From Candidatus Azotimanducaceae bacterium (GTDB lineage Bacteria > Pseudomonadota > Gammaproteobacteria > Pseudomonadales > Azotimanducaceae): a DNA stretch of 64,000 nucleotides. Positions 49,346-60,270 of this stretch are shown here, piece by piece. The position numbers and the translations under genes are program-made. Within the stretch, counting starts at the first letter, position 1. Every line of letters begins with the position of its first letter. The stretch lies in NCBI GenBank assembly GCA_965243095.1, contig OZ251530.1, positions 1,480,415 through 1,544,414 of the forward strand, read 5' to 3'. The notes below the pieces were generated by a model, which saw only the letters and a list, made by a program, of their open reading frames with translations, searched no databases and was not told where the DNA came from.

Positions 49346-49740
49346 CCGCTCGTCCGCCGCTGGCCGGCCTTCGTCACGTGGCCTTGCACGCCCGACGCTT
49401 CGAGGCGACGTTGGCCTTCTACCGCGACATCCTCGGCTTGCGCGTGGAGTGGCAGCCGGACGCGGACAATGCCTATCTCACCTCCGGCGTGGACAACCTG
49501 GCCATCCACCGTGCGGAAGACGCCGTGGCGGCAAGCGGCCAACGCCTGGACCACATCGGCTTCGTGTTGGACGCTGCCGCCGACGTGGATCGCTGGCACG
49601 AATACTTGGCCGCCCGCGGCGTGGTCGCCGACGCGCCGCCGCGCACCCACCGCGACGGCGCGCGCAGCTTCTACTGCAAGGATCCCGAAGGCGGCGTGGT
49701 GCAGTTCATCCACCACCCGCCCATCGCCGGCGCGCTTTGA
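49342..49740 (+). CDS. VOC (glyoxalase/bleomycin-resistance/dioxygenase) family protein
   Basis: LRHVALHARRFEATLAFYRDILGL...LDHIGFVL...SFYCKDPEGGVVQF. ATGA overlap with the trpC stop. Confidence 0.8.
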   Translation: MTARPPLAGLRHVALHARRFEATLAFYRDILGLRVEWQPDADNAYLTSGVDNLAIHRAEDAVAASGQRLDHIGFVLDAAADVDRWHEYLAARGVVADAPPRTHRDGARSFYCKDPEGGVVQFIHHPPIAGAL

Positions 49741-49764
49741 CGTTCGCGGGAAGCCGGCGCGGCG

Positions 49765-50685
49765 TTAGTGCCCGCCGACTTCGCTGCGGATAGCGTCGTG
49801 CGCCTTGCCCAGCACGTCCACCATCGCGTCCACGCTGCGGGCGCCGGCTTGGAAGATGGCGGTGGCGTTCAACGCGCCCCACTCGAAGCCCATCTCCTTC
49901 ACCGCGGCGGCGCGGGCGGCGACCCGATCCACCTCGGCGTAGAAGCGTTTGCCTTCGGCGTCGCGGGGCGGCACGTCCAGCATCATCTGATAGCCGAGCG
50001 CGTTCGGGTCGCGCCCCGCCGCTTCCGCGTACGCGGCGATCTTCGCCTTGCAACGCGCCGCCACCGCGGGGTCCGTGATGGCGGTCGCGAGCCAGCCATC
50101 GCCCAGCTCGGCCACCCGTTTGAGCGCCCGCTCCGCAGCGCCGCCGATCCAGATGGGCAGCTTGCGGCCTTGCGGGGGCTTCGGCTCCATCGCCATCGCG
50201 GTGGAGGAGTAGAACGCGCCGTGGTAATCCACTTGGGTGTCGCCCCAATACGCGCGCAACACCTCGATGGCCTCGTCCATGCGCCGGCCGCGCGTACGGA
50301 AGTCCTCCTCCAAGGCGTCGTACTCGGATTCTTGCCAGCCGACGCCAACCCCCAGCCGCACCCGCCCGCTGGACAGCGTGTCCAAGGTGCTCACCTGCTT
50401 GGCCACCAGCACCGGCTGGCGCTGCGGCAGCACCAGCACCTCGGTGCCGAGGCCGATGCGCTCGGTCACCGCGGCGATGTGCGACAGCGCCATCAGCGCT
50501 TCCAGAATCGGCATCTTCGGCGGATACATGGGCGCCGGCCGATCCCCGCTGGGAAAGCCCATGATGACGTGGTCGAACACGTCCAGTTGATCGAAACCGA
50601 TTTGCTCGATGGCCTTGGCCAAACGGATCACGCCGGCACCACCTTCGCGGTAGCTGACGGAAGGAAACTCGACGGACAGCTTCAT
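49765..50685 (-). CDS. luciferase-like monooxygenase (LLM) class oxidoreductase, probably F420-dependent
   Basis: [54 protein letters not shown] and PIWIGG are typical of the LLM family. Confidence 0.85.
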   Translation of the reverse strand: [306 protein letters not shown]

Positions 50686-51137
50686 GGGCCTCGCTCGCTA
50701 AGCAATCAAGGCGTCATGTTAGCGCGGCCGGTCCGCCTTTCGATGCGGGAATGTGAAACCGGGGCGAAGGACGCAACGCATCCCCCGCCCCGGCGATTTT
50801 GTGGGGGGCTTCCCCACGACTCGTTGGTGAAAAACCGAGTCAGAGGGGTTGCCCCCCAACAATCGACTGCACTTGATCACCTCCTTTTTCCGCCCAACAC
50901 AGCGGCGAACTATACGACATTCGCACATAAGTGCAAATACCGGAGGAATGCAATGCAAGAGACGGGGCAATTGTATTGGAGTTTCGGCGAGGCGGTTGGC
51001 CATGCCAAGGCGCTTTCCGGGGAGGACTTTTGTCTTCGCGGTGGCCCATCCGGCCGTCTTTTCCACGCTCACCGGGGTGAAGCCCGCCGCACCCGTGGGC
51101 CCATCGACCGGTTCCGCACGGGCGGCGCGACCGGCGT

Positions 51138-52210
51138 TCACCCCCGCTCGGTCTCGAAATCGGCCATGTATTCCACCAGCGCGTCCACCGCGGCCTCGGG
51201 GACGGCGTTGTAGAGGCTGGCGCGCATGCCGCCGACGCTGCGGTGTCCGCGCAGGTTGAGCAGCCGGCGCTCTTCGGCGCCGGCGAGGAAGGCGGGGTCC
51301 AAGGCGGGGTCGGCTAGGGCGAAAGGCACGTTCATGAGCGAGCGGTCTTCGCGCCGCACGGGGGCGCTGTAGAAGTTGCTGGCGTCGATGGCGGCGTAGA
51401 GCTTGCCGGATTTACGTTCCGCCGCGGCTTGCATGGCCGCCACGCCGCCTTGCTCGCGCGCCCAGCGCAGCATCAAGCCGACGAGATACCACGCGAAGGT
51501 GGGCGGGGTGTTGAACATCGAGCCGTCCGCGGCCTGCAAGCCGTAGTCGAAAACCCGCGGCGTGCCGGCGCGGGCGCGGCCGGCCAAGTCTTTGCGGACA
51601 AGCACTACGGAGAGGCCGGCCGGGCCCAAGTTCTTCTGCGTGCCGGCGTAGATGACGCCGAAGCGGCTGACGTCGATTGGCCGGGAAAGCAGATCCGAGG
51701 ACATGTCGGCCACGAGGGGCGCGGTCGTTTCCGGGAAACTGTGGAACTGCACGCCGCCGATGGTTTCGTTGGCGGTGATGTGGCAGTACGCGGCGCCATC
51801 CGTCAAACGCCAAGAGTCCACCGGCGGAATGTGGTTGAACCCGTCGGCTTCGGAGGACGCGGCGATGTGGACGCGGGCGAGGCGGCGCGCCTCGGTGATG
51901 GCCTTGGTGCCCCACGAGCCGGTGTGGATGTAGTCCACGGTTTCCGCCGCGTCGCACAGGTTCATCGGCAGCATGGCGAATTGCACGGAAGCTCCGCCGG
52001 ACAGGAACAGCACATGGTGCTCGTCGCCCACGTCCAGCAGCGCGCGCAGATCCGCCTCGGCGTTGGCGGCGATCTCGCTGAACGCTGCCGAGCGGTGGCT
52101 CATCTCCATCACCGAGTGGCCTAGGCCCTGGTAGTCCAACAGCTCGGCTTGCGCTTGCTCCAACACCGCATCGGGCAGCGCCGCCGGCCCGGCGGAGAAA
52201 TTGAACGCCC

Positions 52211-52214
<4 letters not shown>
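51138..52214 (-). CDS. serC: 3-phosphoserine/phosphohydroxythreonine aminotransferase
   Basis: [27 protein letters not shown]-like [12 protein letters not shown] and RASLYNA. Confidence 0.95.
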
Positions 52215-54961
<2,747 letters not shown>

Positions 54962-55093
54962 GGAGCGGAGGGGTCTCGGAAAGCGAAAGCGTAGTCTAAC
55001 ACGCTGGCTGCTGATGGCGGTTTCGGAGCGCCGCGTTTTCGGCGTGCGCGACAAGCCGCAGTGCCGCGCCCGCAACCGCTCCGCACGGCGCAG

Positions 55094-55495
55094 CTAGCCG
55101 CCGAGGAACGCCTTCAATTTACGCCGTTGTCGCTTATCCGGGCGCCGTGGCGGAGCGACGACGCCGGCGCGAGCCATGCGTCGCGCTGCCGCCGCGGCCT
55201 CGCGTTTGGCCACGGATTCGGGCGCCTCGGTGTACAAAGTCGCGGCCAAGGTGGCGCTGCCGCGGCGCTCGGCGAGGGCCGTCACTACTACGGTTTGCAC
55301 CATCTGGCCGCGGGTCACGCGCAGCTCGTCGCCCACCTTCACCTCTTTGGACGCCTTGCCGCGTACGCCATGCACATGCACCTTGCCGCCGTCGATGGCG
55401 GCCTTGGCGAGGCTGCGGGTCTTGAAGAAGCGGGCCGCCCAAAGCCACTTGTCGAGGCGCACGCCCTCCGCCCCATCCGCCGCCGGCGTGCTCAC
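55094..55495 (-). CDS. hslR: ribosome-associated heat shock protein Hsp15 (S4-domain RNA-binding protein)
   Basis: VRLDKWLWAARFFKTRSLAKAAIDGGKVHVHG. GTG 55495 overlaps the yrfG stop (GTGA). Confidence 0.85.
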   Translation of the reverse strand: MSTPAADGAEGVRLDKWLWAARFFKTRSLAKAAIDGGKVHVHGVRGKASKEVKVGDELRVTRGQMVQTVVVTALAERRGSATLAATLYTEAPESVAKREAAAAARRMARAGVVAPPRRPDKRQRRKLKAFLGG

Positions 55496-56148
55496 GGCAT
55501 GATCTCGCGGAAGTGGCCGATGGCGCGGAACGGGAGGTCGCGGCGTGGGGCGCCGGTGGAGTCCGGTTGCGCCACGCAGAGCAGGTGCCGAACGCCGGCG
55601 CGTTCGGCCGCGGCGAGGACCACGTCGTTGTCGTCCACCAGCAGCGTGCGCGCCGGGTCGTAGGTTTCGCCCAAGCGCTGCGCGAGACCGCGCCAGTAGC
55701 CGTCGTCTTCTTTCGGCGCGCCTACTTCGTGGGCGGAAACGCAGCCGTCCACGGCGTCGAGCAAGCCGATGGCGCGATGCTTCACCGCCACGCTGCGCGG
55801 GTGGGCGTTGGTGGCGAGGAACAGGGCGCGGCGCGAACGCCGCACTGCGACCGTGAAGCTCTCGGCGCCCGGCCGGTAGCGGATGAGGTGCCTCAGCTCT
55901 TCGTGGATGGCGTCGATGTCCAGCCGCGTTTGCCGCGCCCAGTAGTCCAAGCTGTAGAAATCCAAACTCGCCTTGCGGCCGAGCATGTCGCGGTAGAGGC
56001 GGTCGGCCGCTTGCGCCTCGCCGATGCCTTCGCGCTGCGCGAAGCGTTGCACCACCACGACGTTCCACAGGTGGTTGTCGAAGTGCAAGTCGATGAGCGT
56101 GCCGTCCATGTCCAACAACACGGTGTCGATTTCCGCCCAACAGACCAT
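55492..56148 (-). CDS. yrfG: HAD-family GMP/IMP nucleotidase YrfG-like
   Basis: IDTVLLDMDGTLIDLHFDNHLW is close to E. coli YrfG. LATNAHP and LLVDDN are also present. It lies upstream of hslR, as in enterics. Confidence 0.8.
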   Translation of the reverse strand: MVCWAEIDTVLLDMDGTLIDLHFDNHLWNVVVVQRFAQREGIGEAQAADRLYRDMLGRKASLDFYSLDYWARQTRLDIDAIHEELRHLIRYRPGAESFTVAVRRSRRALFLATNAHPRSVAVKHRAIGLLDAVDGCVSAHEVGAPKEDDGYWRGLAQRLGETYDPARTLLVDDNDVVLAAAERAGVRHLLCVAQPDSTGAPRRDLPFRAIGHFREIMP

Positions 56149-56992
56149 GCAGGCAGCCTATCATGCGCCCGTGATCGCCGCTCTATTGGACATCGTTCGC
56201 GCCGCCGGGGAGGAGATCCTCGCGGTGTATCGTGGCAGCGACTTCGCCGTGCGCTCGAAGGCGGACGACTCGCCGCTCACCGAGGCGGATCTGCGCGCCC
56301 ACCGCGTGATCGCGGACGGCCTCAAGGCGCTGCACCCGGTGTTGCCGATCCTCTCCGAGGAGTCCACGCCGCCGCCGTTCGCCGAACGCCAAGGCTGGAC
56401 GCGCTACTGGCTGGTGGATCCGCTCGACGGCACCAAGGAGTTCATCGAGAGGAACGGCGAGTTCACCGTGAACATCGCCCTCATCGAGCACGGCGCGCCG
56501 GTGCTGGGCTTGGTGGGGGTGCCCGCGCAAGGCGTGGTTTTCGTGGGCGATTGCCGAGGCGGCAAGACGGACGCCTATCGTTTGGATGCGGACGGGCGCA
56601 CCACGCTGCGCACCAAACCGATGCGCGGCGACGCGATTCGTGTGGTGGCCAGCCGGCGTCACGGCGGGGAACGCTTGGCGGCCTATTTGGAGACGCTCGG
56701 CGGCCGCTTCCGCGTGTCCAAAGTGTCCGTCGGCAGCTCGCTCAAGCTGTGCATCTTGGCGGAAGGCGGGGCGGACCTCTATCCCCGCCTAGGCCCGACG
56801 TCCGAGTGGGACATCGCCGCGGCGCACGCCGTGCTGCGGGCTGCCGGCGGCGATCTGATGCGTTGCGATGGCGGCGCGATGCGTTACAACGCCAAGGAGT
56901 CCCTGCTCAATCCGCACTTCCTCGCCATCGCGGATCCCGCCTTTCCGTGGCGACAGCTTTTGCCACCAACGCCGCCGACGCAACCCGCGTAG
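56147..56992 (+). CDS. cysQ: 3'(2'),5'-bisphosphate nucleotidase
   Basis: SKADDSPLTEADLRAH, PILSEES, WLVDPLDGTKEFI and SSLKLC are inositol-monophosphatase-fold CysQ motifs. The start is ATG 56147 or GTG 56171. Confidence 0.85.
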   Translation: MQAAYHAPVIAALLDIVRAAGEEILAVYRGSDFAVRSKADDSPLTEADLRAHRVIADGLKALHPVLPILSEESTPPPFAERQGWTRYWLVDPLDGTKEFIERNGEFTVNIALIEHGAPVLGLVGVPAQGVVFVGDCRGGKTDAYRLDADGRTTLRTKPMRGDAIRVVASRRHGGERLAAYLETLGGRFRVSKVSVGSSLKLCILAEGGADLYPRLGPTSEWDIAAAHAVLRAAGGDLMRCDGGAMRYNAKESLLNPHFLAIADPAFPWRQLLPPTPPTQPA

Positions 56993-57008
56993 CTGGCCGC
57001 CCCGCCGC

Positions 57009-60000
57009 TTACGGCCTTGCGGTGGCGGAGAGATTGGCGAGGTGCCCGGCGGGGCTCTCCATCAAGCTCATGACGGTGAGCGGGTTGTCGAAGGAAACGG
57101 TCAGGCGCCACTGGCCCTCGCCATCGCCGAGCGCGCCTTCGAGACTCTCGTCGCCGGCTTCGAGTTGCGCCGCGGTGAGAGTCAGCGCCTCGCCGGCCGG
57201 CACCATGACGGTTAGCGGCCCCGCCTCCGCGCCAGCGTCGTCCACGCCGTTGATCGTCGCCGTCGCCGCATCCGCGCCGTTGTTCGCTAGGCGCAGGAGG
57301 CTCCCTTGTTGTTCGTTCGACGCCGGGTGGAACACCGCCACGCGCGCGGCGCCATCCGCAGCTGGTGCCACTTCGTGCAGACTGGCCACGAAGCCGTCCG
57401 CGTGGCGTACATAGGCCGCCGCGGCGAGTGAGAGGGTGCCGCTTCGCAGTTCCAAGCGCCACGCGCCCTTCGTCGGCGCGCCGACGCCGGACGCCAAGCC
57501 CTTCTTGGCGTTGCCGTTCTCCAAGTCGTCCGAGTTGAAGTGCATTGTCGCCCGCGCCGCAAGCTGTAGCTGGATCGGGCCGGCGCGGACGCCGGCGTCG
57601 TCCACCGCCGAAATCTCCACCATGCCTTCGGCCGCGGTCATGTTCGCCACGCGGGCGAAGCCCTCGCGGCCGGCCGGGTTCATCGCCGACGGGAACAGTG
57701 GCAGGCGCAGCGTCTCGCCCGCGGCCGCGCGCAGCGGCGGCGGCGACAGGTTCGAGAGGTGTCCGCTCGGGCTCGCCAGCCACGAGGACGCCGACAGCGG
57801 CCACGGCGCGTGTACGCGCAAGCGCCACTTGCCGGCGCCGTTGCCGAGTCCCGCGCCGGCGGCGCCCCGCGACCGCTCCAACTGCCCCGCCGTCAATGCC
57901 AGCGTCGCGCCCGCCGGCGCCTCGAAGCCGGGCGCGAAGCGCCCGCGGCCGGCGTCGTCCACGCCCCACACGGACATCCTCGCGGAAGCGGGGACCGGGT
58001 TGAAGACGCGCAGCGAACTGCGTTGGGCGCGGTTGCTCGCCGGGTTGAAGAGGAACGCGGAAAGCGAGTCGCCCGCGCGCGGCAACGCGCCGTGCAACGG
58101 GGTGAGGAATCCGTCCGGCGTGCGGACGTAGGCCAGAACCTCGATGTCGAGCGGGGACCACAGATGCAGCCGCCAGCTGCCCGCCATCGGCGGGCCGACG
58201 CCGTCCATCAGCCCCATCTCGGCGTTGCCGTTCTCCAAGTCCGCCGAGTCGAAGCTCGCCGCCGCGCCGGCGGCCAGCGAAAGCGCCGCCGGGCCGAACG
58301 TCTGCCCGGCCTCGTCCACGGCCTCCACCAGCACCGCGCCATCCATGTCCGATCGGTTCAGCACGCGCACCACGCCGCTCCGCCCGGAAGCGTCCGCCGC
58401 GGAGGGAAACAACGGCACGGCCCAGCCGAACACCACCGTGGCGCCGGCATCGCGCAGCGCCGGAATGTGCGTGTCCAGCGCCGCCGCGCCCAGCGGATTG
58501 CCGCGCAGGCCCAGCGCGCCGCCATCCGCAAGCCCCGGGTGCCCGGCCAGCCCCGACACGTCCGCCAGCCGGTTCCAGCCCAGGCGCAGCCACGACAGCC
58601 GCGTCAGCCCGCGCAGCGGCGAAGCGTCCGCGATGCGGTTGCGCGACAGGTCCAGCCGCGTCAGCGCCCGCAATCCCGCCAGCGCCGAGACGTCGGCCAC
58701 CATGTTGTTCGGCAGCCACAGCCGTCGCAGCTTCGAGAGCCCCGCCAGCGGCGAGATGTCCGCGATGCGGTTGTCGCCCAGATGCAGGTAGATCAGCGAG
58801 TTCAAGCCCGACAGCGCCGAGATGTCCGACAGGCCGTTGCCGTCCAGCCACAGTTGCTCCAAGGACGACAGGCCCGACAGCGGCGACAGGTCGCGCACCG
58901 CCGTGCCGCTCAGCAGCAGCGTCCGCAGGCTGGTCAGCCCCGCCAGCGGCGAGAGGTCCAGCGGCTCGCCTCCGGCCGCCGGCGCGTTGCCGCCCAAGGA
59001 CAGCGACTCCAGCGACACCGCCTGCTCCAGACCCGCCAGCGACGAGATCCCCGCGCCGTCCAGGTTCAGCGTCCGCGCCGCCTGAATGTCCAATATCCTC
59101 AGCGTTCCCGGCTGCTTGCCCAGCGCCCGTTCCACGGCGGCCGTCAGCGCCGGGTCCGGCAGCGAGAACAGCCCGCCAACCACCGGTATGGTTGTCCATG
59201 TCGTCAGGTCGATGCCGCCCGCGTGCGCGGCGGTCAGCACCCGCACCGCGTAGTCTTGGGTGGCGGGCAGTTCGCCCCCGGACAAGGCGATCGTCAGGGT
59301 GGCCGTCGTGCCGCCGGCGACGGCGCCCGCCACGTTGGCGACGGACAGGCCCGGCGTCGCCGGCACCAGCGCGAAGCTGTCCGCGGCGACGCCGCTTGCG
59401 AAGGTGGTTCCGGTCAACGAGACGGCGATCGTCGCGCCGTCCAGGTTCCGCTCGGTGAGGGAAGAGGGATTCACGGACGAGATGGCCACACCGCTGCCCA
59501 GAACCCTGTGGCGCGGGTAGTCCGTGGGCAGGTCTCGGATCGCGTGGTGGTCGTCGACATGGGGGAGATTGGGGTCTTGAAGCTGTCCACCGTGCAACCT
59601 GCCGATGCTCAACCCGTCGGCGTCGGCGTCGTCCTGCCCAACCGTATAGGTGAAGGGTATGGTCCAGCGGTAGGCATTGAAGTTGTCCGGGCAGCTCATC
59701 TGCCTGGTGGCCCCGCCAATCAGCAACTCCAGCCTAAGAGTGTTGGTAGGCCAATGGGTGGCTGAACAGGTTCGGTTGTCGATGACACGTATGCTGAAAG
59801 TCAGGGTGACCGTGATGGTCTCGCCCTGCACGAAGGTGTCGCCGTTCGCAGGGTCGCTCACCGTCATGGTGGCGATGCGGGGGTTGCCTCCGTGGTGGGC
59901 CGCGGCCTGCCCCGCGCCGAGCGCCGCAAGCGCGGCCAAGAGCAAGGCGGCGAGGCGCGGAACCGCGCCATCGCGGCGCCCGCGGATGGCGCCCGCAGCG

Positions 60001-60069
60001 CAGGTCAGCAACATGGCAAGCACCGAGCGCCGCGCACACGCGGGGGGGGGGGGGGGTGGAATCACGCAT
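57009..60069 (-). CDS. large secreted LRR protein, paralog 1; SD-proximal ATG is out of frame with the body at the sequenced C15 tract length (candidate phase-OFF)
   Basis: GGAGGAG (60077-60083), 7 nt, then ATG 60069 encoding MRDST, then C15. The long ORF (track 57009..60107, TTG) is in the -1 register relative to this ATG. With C14 or C17 it would read MRDSTPPPPACARRSVLAMLLTCAAG... The body has Ig-like N-terminal domains, ~9 internalin-type 22-aa LRRs, and four ~115-aa C-terminal modules. An in-frame ATG at 60014 downstream of the tract is an alternative start. Confidence 0.75.
60042..60056 (-). repeat. homopolymeric tract, 15 G on + strand (C15 in the coding sense of paralog 1)
   Basis: Counted directly: c + 9 g (60041-60050), then 6 g (60051-60056). 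Consistent with the IPPPPPPA translation in the track ORF. Confidence 0.95.
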
Positions 60070-60109
60070 ACGCTTTCTCCTCCGTCATGCCCAGCAACAC
60101 CCAGCAAAC

Positions 60110-60132
60110 GCGCTCAGCACGGTGCTGAGCGC
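60110..60132. promoter_or_regulatory. 11-1-11 perfect palindrome in the paralog-1 upstream region (operator-like or hairpin)
   Basis: GCGCTCAGCAC-G-GTGCTGAGCGC, located between the conserved GGTTGACC..GGGTAATATG block and the SD of paralog 1. A degenerate copy lies at 63418-63440 upstream of paralog 2. Confidence 0.35.
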
Positions 60133-60185
60133 AATGGCTTGCCCGGCATATTACCCCTTTTCGGTCAACCGTGCGGCCGCAACGA

Positions 60186-60264
60186 CCTTGGGAGCGCGAG
60201 CGTCTCGCCGCGCTCTCGTTCACATGTATTTCACCGAGAGTGCGGGAGGCGCCTGCGCTCCCAG
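60186..60264. repeat. second REP/BIME-like inverted repeat pair, same family as 35976-36054
   Basis: CCTTGGGAGCGCGAGCGTCTCGCC (60186-60209) and the inverted copy at 60241-60264 (reverse complement CCTGGGAGCGCAGGCGCCTCCCGCA). The pair begins 7 nt downstream of the paralog-2 stop (60271). Confidence 0.5.
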
Positions 60265-60270
60265 GACGGC

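Noticed and set aside
50953-51000. GGGGCAATTGTATTGGAGTTTCGGCGAGG, superficially like a tmRNA 5' end (GGGGCUGAUUCUGGAUUCGACGGG).
   Set aside because: There is no tag-peptide reading frame, no T-arm/CCA-like 3' end, and only ~175 nt before serC. The resemblance is limited to the G-run.
56884-59199. 771-aa and other long alternative-frame ORFs over the LRR paralogs (56884..59199, 57759..59765, 60589..62358, 61184..62461).
   Set aside because: The frames chosen for the paralogs show a signal-like leader, regular 22-aa LRRs and repeated modules conserved between the copies. The alternative frames are Arg/Gly/Pro-rich.
60105-60107. TTG at 60107, given by the ORF track as the start of LRR paralog 1.
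   Set aside because: No SD precedes it, and it lies upstream of the strong GGAGGAG-N7-ATG that is conserved with paralog 2. It is probably only the first permissible codon of the open frame rather than a real start, though it cannot be excluded.
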